Under the pieces are notes generated by a model. It did no database searches, was not told the origin of the DNA, and was given only the letters and a program-made list of their open reading frames with translations. Below are positions 25,791 through 39,984 of a stretch of 64,000 nt of DNA, one piece after another (positions within the stretch are counted from its first letter, which is position 1; every line of letters begins with the position of its first letter). The position numbers were made by a program, and so were the translations under genes. The stretch is from positions 17,174,001-17,238,000 of the forward strand of contig OX597817.1 of assembly GCA_951406725.2 (NCBI GenBank), in the 5' to 3' direction. The DNA is from Octopus vulgaris (lineage: Eukaryota).

Positions 25791-27398
25791 GCTAAACAAA
25801 ATAGAAATTCTCCATAACTTTAGTTTGTCATGATGAGTTCAAATCTTAGTAAAACTCAATGGTAATAGAAAACTGGATGTAAAAACGATGATGATGATGA
25901 TATATATACCTGTATATTTATATATGATGTGACTCTTCCCATCCTCTACTGGATGTGAGTAACCATCCAGACCCTCTACAAGAATCTGCACTGCCCCACC
26001 CACTTTTCATAGTTCAATCCCTCATCCACTAGTATAAAGCTGAAGTATGTATTTCTGAAGCTGCATGCCAATTTCAACAGTGCAAGTGGCATGAATAGAA
26101 GCACCAAGTCCATGCTGTAAAAAGTGATTGGCATTAGAAAGAACATCCAGCCATAGAAACCAGGCCAAAACAGAGATTGGAGCATGATGCAGTGCTTGGT
26201 CACATTGGATCCTGTCAAACCATCCAATCCAAGCCAGCATGGAATACAGATGTTAATTTATGATGATGATGATCATGATCATGATGGAGGATACTTCTAT
26301 AAGGTGCAGACAAGGCTGGCTGCCATGTGCTTTCAAGTTCAATATCGCTGTGTGGGTCTTTGTGCAAGTGTTTTCAACTGTACCCTAAGATCAACAAAAT
26401 ACTTTGTGAGTGGAATCACTAGATGGAAACTGTATGGAAACTCATCATGTGTGTGCATGTATAAAGCAAGACAAGTTCACTCCTGCTGGTACCATCACAA
26501 AAATGCATCAAATACACTTATTAAAATGATTAGGGTTTGGGTGTTATGAACAACATGCAGCCATAGAAATGATACCTAGGAGAAAATATACAAGCGAGAA
26601 GTGGTCTTCCAGCACAACAAGGAGAGCAGTAACACCGGACTATGACAACCCATCTCACTCACATCAGCACGGAAAGCAAATCTAAAACAATTAGGAGGAT
26701 GATGATAAAAAATTTGCTGAGTCTACATATGTTTGTTACTCTCCATGCATGGAGTTCTTCAATTAAGATTATTCACAATTACACACATACACCCCCACAC
26801 ACATAGATGTATGTATGTGTGTATGTATGTATGCAAGCATGTATTATCTTGCTCTTTGTTAGAACACTCAGTGAGAAATTATTGATCTGATAACTACAGG
26901 ACTGCTATTTTGACCTAATTTACATTTCATTCACCTTTAGTGTAGTCAGAACCACATATCTTTAGTTAGACAGTTTATACAGCTGTCAGTGTTCCATAAT
27001 CAATCAACCACCGGTGTACACTTTGTAATAAGAGAAAAATTATATAATATACCACCCATAGGTTTATATAGATTATTTCAAAACAATGCATAATCATAGA
27101 CAAGTGAGCAAGAAGTCTCTGGGTTCAATCCCACTGTGTAAAACCTTGGGAAAACACCTTCCCATGTAGCCTGAGGTTGACTGAAGCTTTGTGAATAGAA
27201 TTTGGTAGATGGAAACTGCAGAAACGTGTGTGTGTGTGTGTGTTTATTTATGCCAAGTTGCATCCATCTACATCAAAGACATAACCTAGCCATTTTATAC
27301 GTACAGATTGGTAAAATAAGCACCAGATTAAAATACTAGAGTTAATATGATTGACTAAAGCCCATGGCTGCAGTGAAATGACTGAAGCCTATAAAAGA

Positions 27399-27690
27399 AT
27401 CATCATCATCGTTTAGCGTCCACTTTCCATGCTAGCATGGGTTGGACGGTTCAACTGGGGTCTGAGAAGCCAGAAGGCTGCATCAGGCCCAGTCTGATCT
27501 GGTAGTGTTTCTACGGCTGGATGCCCTTCCTAATGCCAACCACTCCGTGAGTGTAGTGGGTGCTTTTTACGTGCCACCCGCACAGGTGCCAGACGGAGCT
27601 GGCAAACAGCCACGTTTGGATGGTGCTTTTTACGTGCCACCGGCACGAGGCCAGTCGGGGCGGCACTGGCAATGGTCACGAACGGATGGT
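27399..27690 (-). mobile_element. RTE 3'-UTR fragment
   Basis: (CAT)n followed by the reverse complement of the RTE 3' UTR. Confidence 0.85.
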
Positions 27691-28420
27691 GGTGCCAGAC
27701 GAGTCAATATATATTTAACATTTGCCATGCATAATTTAGAAGTCATAATTAGGTATCCGACAGCAGTGAAACTCAATAAGACTAAGGCGGGGAATTGACA
27801 GAATTGTTAGAGCATAAAAAAAAGTGTTTTTGGTAATTGCTTTGGTGTTTTGCACCCTCAGTTCTTGGTTAGTAGATTTAATTCATCACTTGCTCCAACA
27901 TGGCCATGTATCCTTGAAGGACTATGACCAGATTTTACTGTTTCAAGCATTCAGACCAAGTTTCCAGTTTGAGATAACTTTCACTCTTCCTGTCTAGGAT
28001 ACCTCTAAAAAAAAAAAAAAACAAACAAAAAATAAAGGCTTTTGGATGCTCCCTTCATTCCCTGACTAAACGGTTAAAGAGAACAATAAAAAGTAGGTCA
28101 AAATTGTGACCCTCTTTGGTTGCTAGTCTCATGGATTTTCTCAGAGTTATATCTCCCAAAATATTTAATAGTGAAGTAAATATATATTTATCATCATCAA
28201 CTTTCTGACATCCATCTTCCATATTGGCATGGGATGAGTGGTTGGACAGGATCTAACATGTCTGAGGACTGCATTATGCTCCATTGCCTGCTTTGGTATG
28301 GTTTCTACAGCTGGATGCCCTTTTTAATGCCAACCACTTAACAGAGTGTACTGTTCTTGAATTTATGGTCAATATTATGCTACCACCATTCAACTGTGAC
28401 TTCAGTATTCTCCTTTTGTA

Positions 28421-28660
28421 AGGCAGTGAGCTGGCAGAAATGTTAGCATGCTGGGCAAAATGCTTAGAGGTATTTCGTCTGTCTTTACGTTCTGAGTTCA
28501 AATTCCGCCAAGGCTAACTTTGCCTTTATCCTTTCGGGGTCAATAAATTAAGTACCAGTTGCATAGTGGGGTTGATAAATTAAGTACCAGTTGCATACAG
28601 GGATTTATCTAATCAATTAGCCACTTCCTCCAAAATTTTGGACCTTGTGCTTAAAGAAGA
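28421..28660 (+). mobile_element. SINE family B with a small internal duplication
   Basis: Same family; ATAAATTAAGTACCAGTTGCATA repeated. Confidence 0.8.
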
Positions 28661-28679
28661 AAAGAAAAGAATAATCTCC

Positions 28680-29870
28680 TTTTGTACTCTTTTATAACCC
28701 CATCTTTCATTTCCTTCTTTTTTGGTTCTGTCAGCCTCTAGCATATCCAGATATTTATATCTTGTAACCGTTTCTAAGTCCTTCATTCTTTCATATTCTG
28801 GCATTTGTATATCTTCTCTTTGAACCCCTTTCTCTTTCCTCAAAATTAATCCTGTGCACTTTATTTTAGTAACCCAAACTCCATTCAAACATATTCAGAA
28901 AATATTCAGCTACCATTTACTTGATTGGCCAACTGTTCCTCTTTCCAATAACTATATTTCCCTGTTTCACTACACCTTCCATTGTTTCCCCCCAACTTTC
29001 TTAATCATTCTTGTATTGCTGATCTGTTTGACTGATTGATCCCGAATTCCACTCCAAAATTCTCTACTTTCTTCTGCATTCAGGAAAACTATCTCATTTC
29101 TTTTATACTCTCAAGTTCATCAAATAACACTATTTTCTAATTTGAATGGAACTGTCTATTCTGTTTGTATCATTCATTTCTTAAATCATATCTTTCCAAT
29201 TTTGCATTAACTGATACCACTCTTTGTCTCAACTACTCATACACTATGTTAATGTATTTTTGGGGTAATTTTTGTAATCGTTTTCCAAACTTTCCCTCAT
29301 CATGTAACTCTCTTATATTCAGTATGTTGATTCTACCCTAGTTCGGAGGCGCAATGGCCCAGTGGTTAGGGCAGTGGACTCGCGGTCGTAGGATTGCGGT
29401 TTCGATTCCCAGACCAGGCGTTGTGAGTGTTTATTGAGCGAAAACACCTAAAGCTCCATGAGGCTCCGGCAGGGATGGTGGTGATCCCTGCTGTACTCTT
29501 TCACCACAACTTTCTCTCACTCTTACTTCCTGTTTCTGTTGTACCTGTATTTCAAAGGGCCGGCCTTGTCACTCTCTGTGTCACGCTGAATATCCCCAAG
29601 AACTACGTTAACGGTACACGTGTCTGTGGAGTGCTCAGCCACTTACATGTTAATTTCACGAGCAGGCTGTTCCGTTGATTTGGATCAACCGGAACCCTCA
29701 TCGTCATAACCGACGGAGTGCTTCCATCCATCTACCCTAGTTCACCATTCATTTCTTGAACAGGAAATTAATTCTCTTTCCATTGCAATTCTTTATAATT
29801 TCTATTATTTTCTTCTTTAAACCCGACTGTTTCCACTACCATATTTGCAGAGTTATATACCAAAGTATTT
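28680..29870 (-). mobile_element. Old LINE fragment (possibly R4/Dong-like), interrupted by a SINE
   Basis: 'RYKYLDMLEAD' remnant and purine-rich minus strand; weak support. Confidence 0.4.
29345..29730 (+). mobile_element. tRNA-derived SINE, family D, full length
   Basis: GGAGGCGCAATGGCCCAGTGGTTAG head, GGTTTCGATTCC B-box, 13-bp TSD TCTACCCTAGTTC. Confidence 0.9.
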
Positions 29871-30180
29871 GTTGGAAACATAGATGATATGCCATTTACT
29901 TTGTGTTTCTATTATTACTATAAAAATACTGGAAAAACAAATAACCAGAATAGGGAAACTGAAAACAGAAACAACCCCTATAAGATATCTTGGGAATGAT
30001 TAACAGCCATGTAGACAGATATGTAACCAAAACTCCAGGACATATGCTTATGCACAATATACAGACAATATCAAGACTGGACACTTCGAACACATAAAAT
30101 ACTTTTCAGTGCAATGAAAAAGACAAAATTGAAACAAAATATTTCTCAAATCCAGGGATACATAGCTGTTCAGTGAAAGT

Positions 30181-30527
30181 GTCGGAGACCCCCTTCGGTC
30201 ACGACACAGACCATGGGATTGCACCTAGAAAGTTACCCTCCTAGACACAAGTCCGGGCGAGGTTGTTTATGAAAGACCAGCAGTCGCCCATGCATAACGG
30301 TTTCCCCTCTCCACGCCACCAGTGTTATCCAAGGGAAAGGCAAAGGGGCTGATACAGCTTGGCACCTGTGACATCTCAACTCATTTCTACAGCTGAGTGA
30401 ACTGGAGCAACGTGAAATAAAGTGCCTTGCTCAAGAACACAACACGCAGCCCGGTCCGGGATTCGAGCTCACAATCTCACGATCGTAAGCTCGACGCTCT
30501 AACCACTGAGCCATGCGCCTTCACTAG
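30181..30527 (-). mobile_element. SINE of the same subfamily as 14355-14699
   Basis: High similarity; AGTGAAAGTG flanks. Confidence 0.85.
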
Positions 30528-32639
30528 TGAAGTGAAAGTGTAAAACTACAATAAAACTACTGAAAAATAATAAAAATATAAATAGCAGTTGTATAATGAA
30601 GAGGTTGAGGTGGGAAGAAAACGTATCACATTCTTTCCCCCAAGCATTCTAATACATGGATGAATACCTAAATATTCACATATAGTCTCTTGGATTAAAT
30701 TAATTTTTTTTTCTACAGTTGGATGCTCTGTTGAGCACATTTACTTTCATAAAGCAGATTTTAGTCCTTTGCTTGTTTGCTAATGTCAATTTTGCACTAG
30801 TTTTTCATAATATCATAAATTAGACAGCTTGGATATATTTGCGTAAGATGTTCAAGCAAATATTTTATAACCTGAGATTATTCCACATTTATGAAGTAAA
30901 AACGATAGATATTTTCAGCTATATGGATTCAAGCAGATATAAATATACCTAAATTAAAATCAACAAGTTTTAAAATACTTTCTTTTCGTTTAGAGCAATC
31001 TAGACAGACTGGCAACACATTTTCAGCAAAGAGGAAACAAAGGGACCAAAATAAATATTCTATCTTTTGTGTATCTCCAAAAACAAGATTTGTAGTTAAG
31101 AATCGCAGATCTTAACATACAATCTTGTGTTCGAGCATAATGTATGTTATATCCTAACATTCATTATACACAAACACAAGAATGAACATATGCATTTATG
31201 AAATAATATCAGATACCTTTAAGTGTAACACATTTAATAATGTACCAGGTCAAGATGTTTTCTTCACATGACTGTGTTAACCTAGCCATGAGAAAGAGCC
31301 ATCAGGAAATTTCTGCACAGTTTTACTGCAACAGATATTTTATGCAATGGGAGATGGGATGTCAGGATATAAAGTGTCACTCAGTCAAGGGAACTTTTAA
31401 TATTCTTGTGTAGCAACTAGTGATTCACTAGTTGGCTGGATCAGATACAGAAGGGAGATTTCTGGAAAATATACCTACATCCTAGACTGATGTCAATGGT
31501 TATATAGTTCAATTTTTTGTTGAAACTTGTTTTTAAAGTGAGAAGACATTTGAACAGAATCCTGCAGATACAAACTGAGCTATGAAAAAAACAAGAAAAG
31601 ACAGTAACAACTATGCAAATAGTGAAATACAAATGGAGATGTAAAGACTTGAATTATTGTGAATAAGGAATTTCACTCTGTGTATGATGAGTTAGTGTAC
31701 ATCAAACATCAATATTAAGTTTCCTCAGTGTTGTTCATCTTTGTCATAAATACTGTCACTAGAATTTAGGCCCTTTGGAGCTTCTAAGTGTAGAAAAATG
31801 GTTTTCAATCAAAATTTTTTTACTTAAATGTGAGAAAAAACAAAATCATAAACAATAAGTATAAATTTGGTCTGTCCAATCCAAAGTTGACAGGTTAAAA
31901 TAGCTATGTTGACTTGGACTGTTCTACGAGGAAGCACTGGTTACTGTTGTCATTCAGTGCCAGATCAGCCTTGACCAAAAAGATCAAAAATCAATAGTGC
32001 TCCAGCTGTGATCATGTCTTTTTGTATAACTAGAACTACCTTGTCAATATGTTCTTCCTTTTTAAGATACTAAGGTATGATTTGAGGACAAATTAACTGC
32101 TGCTGTTTTTAATTGGTTAAGTGACCTCATTGGTGACACAGCTGGTAGTTACACTGTACTTATAAACATTTAGTATTGATGACCTAAGAAGTTCCTCTAT
32201 TCTGAGGTGGATAGCACTTATCTTTAGAGACAGCCAAAGAAATAATGGACAGCCTGTCATCCAGATCTGAAGTGTCTACATGTTGATAAATGTTGGACTG
32301 ACACTTGAGTCCAACCTTCATGTATTAGGAACAATGGTAAAAAAAAAAAAACAAAACACTGTAGTTGAAGCATGACAATCTATTGAAATACTTGTATGAA
32401 TTTGTATGAAAATTTAATTCGAATCCAATAATGTTTGTACACTTTAAGGCCACATGCAGATATATTTTAACTTATTTCAAATAGCCATATCAGTACATCT
32501 ACATATATCATTCACAGTCAGTTTTACTGTAATATTCTATGTACGTTTGATACAAACTATCTAGTACGTACATTTGCACTATATAAGACCATTTCTGACC
32601 TTGTAAGTACTTTTGAACTTTTGAAACTATATATATATG

Positions 32640-33420
32640 AGCTGGCGCCATATAAAAAGCACCTGCACTGGAGTCATGTAAAACACATGCCAGTGTCATG
32701 TAAAAAGGACTCATGCCAGTGCCATGTAAAAAGCTCCCGTGTTAGGGCTGCATAAAAGCACCTGTATTAGGGCCACATAAAAGCACTCGTATTAGGGCCA
32801 TGAAAAGCACCTGTACTGATGCCTTGAAAGAGCACCCACGCTGGTGCCAAGTAAGAAGCACCCATGCTGATGACACAGATAAAGCACCTGCACTGGTGAC
32901 ATAGAAAAGGCACCCATGCCGGTCACACAGAAAAGGCACCTGTGCCGGTCTCACAGAAAAGGAACCCATGCCGGTCACACAGAAAAGGCACTAGTGCCAG
33001 TGACACAGAAAAGGCACTAGTGCCAGTGACACATAAATAGCACCTGTGCTGGTGCCAAGTAAAAAACACCCATGCCGGTACCATGTGAAAACCATTCATG
33101 CTAGTGCTTCATAAAAAGTACTCATGGCAGCGCCACATAGAAATCACCTATGCTGGTGCCACATAAAAAGCGTCAATCCCAATGCCATGTAAAAATCACC
33201 TATGTAAAAATCACCTATGCTAGTGCCACATAGCAGCACCTGTACCAATGCCACATAGCAGCACTCATGTTGGTGTCATGTGAAAGCACCCGCGTTCGTG
33301 CCATGTAAAAGCAACTGTGCCGATGTCACATAAAAGGTACCTGTGCTGGTGCCACATAAAAGGTACCTGTGCTGGTGCCAAGTAAAAAGCACCTGAGCCA
33401 GCACCATTTAAAAAGTAGCT
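32640..33420 (+). repeat. Degenerate ~24-bp minisatellite (AAAAGCACC-Y-RTGC-Y-RGTG-N-CACAT) leading into RTE 3' ends
   Basis: Roughly 30 imperfect units, followed by RTE tails at 33430-33590 and 33595-33832. Confidence 0.85.
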
Positions 33421-34013
33421 GTATGGTGCTATATAACGGACACTCAGTACATTTTGTAAAATGGTTGCCATTAGGAAAGGCATCTAGCCATAGAACCCAT
33501 GTGAAAAATACATTGGAACCAGGGCAGCTCTCTGATGTCAAACCATCCAAACCATGCAAGCATGGAAAACTGACAATAAGTGATGATGATGATATATAAA
33601 AGCACCATCCGATCGTGGCCATTTGCCAGCTTTGTCTGGCACCTGTGCCGGTGGCACGTAAAACACACCCACTACACTCACGGAGTGGTTGGCGTTAGGA
33701 AGGGCATCCAGCTGTAGAAACACCGCCAGATCAGACTGGGCCTGGTGCAGCCTTCTGGCTTCCCCGACCCCCAGTTGAACCGTCCAACCCACGCCAGCAT
33801 GGAAAGCGGACGTTAAACGATGATGACGATGATATTAAATTAATATTATACACATGAATGCCCAAGAATGCATACATACACACTAAACACACAGTAAATA
33901 TCTGAAACCAGCAAAATAAACATGTAAAATAAATTTGTCATTTTACCACAAATAAAAGTAATAGAATAAAATATCTGAACTTTAGTAAAAATAATGAAAT
34001 ATGTTATTCTTAC

Positions 34014-34121
34014 TTTTGCAATTTTTGCTTCATCTCTTTTTTTCTGTCCAATCATGTTTTCTAGTGTATGCCTCGTGTTATCCAAATCAACAAGCTTTCT
34101 TCCTCTTTTATTGATTTTCAC
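34014..34121 (-). CDS. Amph: Amph BAR exon, 108 nt: VKINKRGRKLVDLDNTRHTLENMIGQKKRDEAKIAK
   Basis: tttcag/gtaaga; contains the N-BAR KRxxKLVDxD signature; lies within ORF 33846-34268. Confidence 0.95.
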
Positions 34122-35511
34122 CTGAAAGGAGTAGAAAATACATGGTGATGAGGATAGCAGTAAAGGTGAAAAAACAAGGAAGATTATTATGAATATAGTG
34201 ATGGAGATTAAACAAACATTCAAATTAAAGGGGAAGATATCTAGATTAAAACTATAATAAGGAAGCATGGCTATGACTATATGAAGCTAAGAGATTTGCT
34301 TTGCAACCATTTGGTTCTGGGTTTGATCCCACAAAACTGCAGCTTCAGTAAATGATTTTTCTATCAAAGTCTCAAACTAACCAAAAAATCCCATGTGATA
34401 TTTGATTTGCCAAACTACACAGACACCATTATAAATGCAGTGAATAAGTAACTGACCTATTGGAAATGCATAACCAACAATGTTATTATTCACAAAATGC
34501 AATACAAAATTTTTTTACAAATCAGTTGTATATACATTGTTTCCAAACAAAAATAAGGTATTTAACAAGTAACCGGCCTCATTACTTAATTATACTAACA
34601 ATATAGTAATTAGAATAAAGCAGCAATAAATTTATTTTTGAAAAGAATGAAATGAATACTTTTCCAGCCATGAAATGAATTGCTTTTTTAAAAAAAGAAA
34701 TAACAATATGAGTTCCCAGCTGTAGAATTCCTATCTAGGAATTTTTAACATATAACAATCTTCAATTATGAGTTGTAACAAAAACAAAATTACATTAATT
34801 CTAATATAACTCATCATCATACAAGCTGGTACTTTGTATAAACTAGTGGCATAGTACCATACAGAGAAATTACTAAGTCCCAACTGACTTTGTGGCATAT
34901 TTAATGCTTTGCCTGTCCAAAGTATTTTCATGAGTTCGTTCTGAACATCTATACTTGTTTTCAGACTTTTAGTTAACCCTTCATCATCATCGTTTAACGT
35001 CCGTTCTCCATGCTAGCATGGGTTGGACGGTTCGACCGGGGATCTGGGAAGTCAGAAGGCTGCACCAGGCTCCAGTCTTATCTGGCAATGTTTCTACAGC
35101 TGGATGCCCTTCCTAACGCCAACCATTCCGTGAGTGTAGTGGGTGCTTTTTACGTGCCACCCGCACAGGTGCCAGGCGAGGCTGGCAACGGCCACGGTCG
35201 GATTGGTGCATTTTACATTCCACCGGCACGGAAGCCAGTCAAGGCGGCACTGGCATCGGCCACGATTCGGATGGTGCTTTTTACGTGCCACCGGTACGGA
35301 AGCCAGTCGAAGCAGCGCTGGCATCGGCCACGATTCGGTTAGTGCTTTTTACGTACCACCAGTCCAGGGGTTTTATATATTTTGAATAGCTTAAAGCTTT
35401 TCTTTCATAGGCCCCAAATTACTTGAAAAATTAGGAATGTGTATCATACATTATGGATGTCATACTTGAGAAAGACAAAGAATTAAACATAATTTCGAAA
35501 ATTTAACTTAC

Positions 35512-35607
35512 TCTTAACTCTGGAAATTTATTCAAATGTATTATAATTGGCTCTTGGACATGGTCATTCAAAGAAGTTATGTAATCCATCCAGTGCAATT
35601 CAAAAGA
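35512..35607 (-). CDS. Amph: Amph BAR exon, 96 nt, duplicate copy identical to 36403-36498
   Basis: Same sequence and intact splice sites; lies within the tandem duplication. Confidence 0.75.
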
Positions 35608-36402
35608 CTGAAACAAGAAATTAAAAATATAAGTACTTCATCTATCATCATCATCATTGTTTTAACCTCTACTTACCAATTTAATATTTGGCATGCTGCA
35701 CTGAATACCAGTATTCTTCTTGTATAAACTAGTGGCATAGTACCATACAGAGAAATTACTAAAGTCCCAACTGACTTTGTGGCATATTTAATGCTTTGCC
35801 TGTCCAAAGTAATTTCATGAGTTCATTCTGAACATCTATACTTGTTTTCAGACTTTTAGTTAACCCTTCATCATCATCGTTTAACGTCCGTTCTCCATGC
35901 TAGCATGGGTTGGACGGTTCGACCGGGGATCTGGGAAGTCAGAAGGCTGCACCAGGCTCCAGTCTTATCTGGCAATGTTTCTACAGCTGGATGCCCTTCC
36001 TAACGCCAACCATTCCGTGAGTGTAGTGGGTGCTTTTTACGTGCCACCCGCACAGGTGCCAGGCGAGGCTGGCAACGGCCACGGTCGGATTGGTGCATTT
36101 TACATTCCACCGGCACGGAAGCCAGTCAAGGCGGCACTGGCATCGGCCACGATTCGGATGGTGCTTTTTACGTGCCACCGGTACGGAAGCCAGTCGAAGC
36201 AGCGCTGGCATCGGCCACGATTCGGTTAGTGCTTTTTACGTACCACCAGTCCAGGGGTTTTATATATTTTGAATAGCTTAAAGCTTTTCTTTCATAGGCC
36301 CCAAATTACTTGAAAAAATTAGGAATGTGTATCATACATTATGGATGTCATACTTGGGAAAGACAAAGAATTAATAATAATAATTTCGAAAATTTAACTT
36401 AC

Positions 36403-36498
36403 TCTTAACTCTGGAAATTTATTCAAATGTATTATAATTGGCTCTTGGACATGGTCATTCAAAGAAGTTATGTAATCCATCCAGTGCAATTCAAAAGA
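36403..36498 (-). CDS. Amph: Amph BAR exon, 96 nt, upstream copy: SFELHWMDYITSLNDHVQEPIIIHLNKFPELR
   Basis: tttcag/gtaagt splice sites, phase 0-0; resembles BIN1 'LLWMDYHQKL...QFPDIK'. Confidence 0.88.
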
Positions 36499-37089
36499 CT
36501 GAAACAAGAAATTAAAAATATAAGTACTTCATCTATCATCATCATCATTGTTTTAAACTCTACTTACCAATTTAATATTTGGCATGCTGCACTGAATACC
36601 AGTATTCTTCTTGACCCTACTGTCTCATTTGTAGTGACACAACACTGAGATAACTTCAATTCTTCCTTTTGATGTATTTTTCACTATCAGCTCAAGGTAC
36701 ATTTTCACCCAGCAGATAGCATAATCATACACATTACATATCCATACCATAAAAATTTATTATCTTTTCCATTTCAACTGATGCCATTAATGCTCAACAG
36801 ATTTATCAATTCACTTACACTTTACATCCTCATCTTCATTTTATGTTTGCTTTCCAAGCTGACAGGATTACACAAATAGTCATGTACCAAGTCACCTCTC
36901 ATAGACTGGTGCTAGTGTACAAAGAGCATTTCAGAAGTTTTGAGACTGTTTTTTTTTTTTTTTTAGGAGAAGCAATCATAACTGTTTTTGGTTATTGTAA
37001 TTTTAGTATATCATTACTATACATATAATAAGCTACCTACCAACTTCTATTATTCTAGACAGAAGGATATGGCTGTAATAGCATTTTGA

Positions 37090-37650
37090 ATACACCCTAT
37101 TAAACACTGCTTGTCACAGTTAACTAGTTTTCAGAATGCAGTCGGAACATTTGGAAGCTCCACTATGCAATAAAGTTTTGTTAAACTGGGGAAAAAATGC
37201 AACAAAAACTTATGAAATGCTCCAGACTGCTAATGGATTAACTTTTACACTGGCACAAGAAGTCCAAGAATGGTAGAGAGGGATGTCAGAACATCAGCAA
37301 AAAATTAGCAATTTTCTGGATGAAGACTGTTGTGTGTCTACAATGATAATAAGTATACAGTTTGGAGTTGGTGTATCAACTGTACACAGAATTATTCATG
37401 AAAATTTGAATAAGCACAAAATTTACACAAAGTTTGTTCCCAAGGTGAGTATCCTGATAACCTATTTGACAGAGGTGGGCATCAAAATTGTCTCTCACCT
37501 GCCCTACAGTCCAGACTTTTGGTTGTTCCACAAGCTGAAGGAGAACCTCAGGGACAGTTGTTGTTAAAATGAATGGGGTTGTTGCAAGGGTCCTGGACAC
37601 CTTCACTTTGGAGGTCTTCCATGGGACCTTAATGAAATGGCTGGAGCACA
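37090..37650 (+). mobile_element. Degraded mariner/Tc1 transposase relic
   Basis: 'VSTVHRIIHENL..KFVPK' HTH/WVPK region and 'HLPYSPD-FWLF' motif. Confidence 0.8.
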
Positions 37651-37825
37651 ACAACAAATGCACCTAACTGTAGAGACCATGCCAAAATAAAATGGATAAG
37701 TGAGACATGGTTCTCCAACCCTCTTATGAGGGCAATAACTCTGGATAAGAACTGACTTGGTTACTAATAATTCATCCAGCTCATGCCATCATGGAAAGCT
37801 GAAGTAAAATAATGATGATATCACA

Positions 37826-37826
<1 letters not shown>

Positions 37827-37893
<67 letters not shown>
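37827..37893. repeat. (CA)n microsatellite
   Basis: Direct reading. Confidence 0.97.
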
Positions 37894-37896
<3 letters not shown>

Positions 37897-39984
37897 CTTG
37901 AATCTTTCTCCTTAACAACCATCAGTACAATTTTCATAAAGCTAAATCCACTGATGGCTTATTGTTCTGTCACCCACCAGTGGACTCTCACCTTGCAATG
38001 TTGTTGCCCTTAATATCAGCAAAACTTTCAATCATATTTAGCATGAAAATTTCCAATCAAAACTGCCAACCTAAGTCTCCACCAATTTCTCATGTCTTGG
38101 ATTGGTAGCTCCCTCACAAATTGCACTACCGCAGTGTGTTAATGGAGCTTTTTCAGTTCCTCCTATTAACTTCAATGCAACCCAGAGTCTGGTTTTGTCT
38201 TCCACTATCTCTCTTTAATGACTTTCTTGCAGGCACACCCAACAATGCTTGTTCTTACACCAATGGTACCACCTTTCATTCTCGCTGGGCCTTCCCCAAT
38301 TAAGCATTATCGGCATGCAACCTAAATACCACATACAAAAAAAAACCACACCAATTTCATAGAAAGAGACATCAAAAGCATCTATCAATTGGGATATGTC
38401 AAGCTTGTCTCTTTCAACAGCCAGAAAACACCAATGCTACTCATGTAAGAAAACACCATTGCACCACATTACTAGAGCTCTTACACTTGCCACAAATGTT
38501 GGGTCTTAGTATCACTGAGAATCACTGTTGGTGAAAGCACATCCATAACTAGAACCATATCCCAATGACTGACTCTTCTTTTCAGGGCCAAAATATACCC
38601 CAACCTCAACAATTATTGATACTCATCAAAACTTAGGTAAGACTCACTGTAGTGTATTGCTCTCATATCAGGGATAGTGCTGCAACTACACATACAGACA
38701 TTCAGAAAAGGACCAACCAAGGACTGATATAAAGGCTTTCATAGATATGCTCCAGCCTCTGGCCCAGACATGCTCTTTCCTCTCTGCCTTTTCTGCTAGT
38801 AGTATTGTGGTCTCTACTCCTCAGTGCTGGCTGGGCTCATTCCACTTCCACCCAATCCATTCATCTCTCCTCCTCTTGTCATTCCTGTTATGTCCAAATC
38901 CTAGGTCTCACACTAATCACTATACCATGTGTTTCTTTCCCAGAAAACTGGCCAGCTGGAACTCCTACTCCACCTGTGTCTTTTCTAATGGTGCTCAATT
39001 TACAATGAGTCAAGAGAAATATTAATGGCATTAATCCGAGAACTCTGAATCCAGCAAGAGGAAAAAAATATAATCCCATATAAGATAAAACAAAATAAAA
39101 CAAGATAGGATGTAGACAGACACTCCATTCTCCAAGCAATATTACTTTACTCATCCAATCACATTATATATACACATGTTTATACATATTTACATATGTG
39201 TGGACACACGCATATATATCATCATCATTGTAATTTACTGTCCACTTTCCATACTGGCATGGGTTAGATGGCTTGACTAGAATTAGTAAGCTAGAGAACT
39301 ATACCAGGTTCAAGTCTGATTTGGCATGGTTTCTATGGCTGGATGCCCTTCCTAATGCCAACCATTCCAAGAGTGTACTGGGTGCCTTTTATGTGTCACT
39401 AGCAATAGCCACAATTAGGATTTCACTTGGCCTGAAAAGTCTTCTCAAGAACAGCAAATTGACAAAGATTTCAATCAATTGCCTCTGTGAGATCAGCAGA
39501 AAAGACTGTGTCAGCCATTGAAAGATACAAAAATTATTGTATTAACACAGCATAAATGAATTATTTATTTGTCTGGCACACACAAAAAAACATTCAGGAC
39601 AAAAATAAACAAAAGCAAAAAAGGATAAAAAGAGAAGAAAAACACTATTCTAAGCCTTACAGTCTTTTGTCTGATGTAGAAGTGTAACCAATGGGATTGT
39701 AAGTTATGCATTCTTTTAAATGGCAAATATTTTCAACTCACAGCCACGTATAAGTCATTTGACAATCAAGGATACATAGGCACACACACACACACATATA
39801 TCATAATGCTTGTTTTTATGTTGAGTTATAATAAGAGCACTTTTATGCTAAAATGAAGATTTACTCAAAACCTTTTGTAGAGTACATACCTATTATTCTT
39901 TTACAAGATTAATGTTGACAGTAACTTCTAAGTTTTGTCCAGCTAGCTTTCATTGGACACTCCACTGAAGGTTAGCAAACCAAA

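Larger units (their letters stand above)
34834..36613. repeat. Tandem duplication, ~886 bp x2, containing an RTE 3' end and an Amph exon
   Basis: 34834-35719 vs 35720-36610; about 7 differences; TTG microhomology at the junction. Confidence 0.97.

Noticed and set aside
29345-29420. tRNA gene
   Set aside because: tRNA-like head of a SINE with a TSD; no complete cloverleaf or terminator.
32640-33420. CRISPR-like repeat array
   Set aside because: Units are degenerate and contiguous with no unique spacers, there are no cas genes, the context is eukaryotic, and the motif derives from the RTE UTR.
35010-36272. Repeated 'MLAWVGR.../FLQLDALPNANH' ORFs
   Set aside because: Antisense reading of the non-coding RTE 3' UTR.
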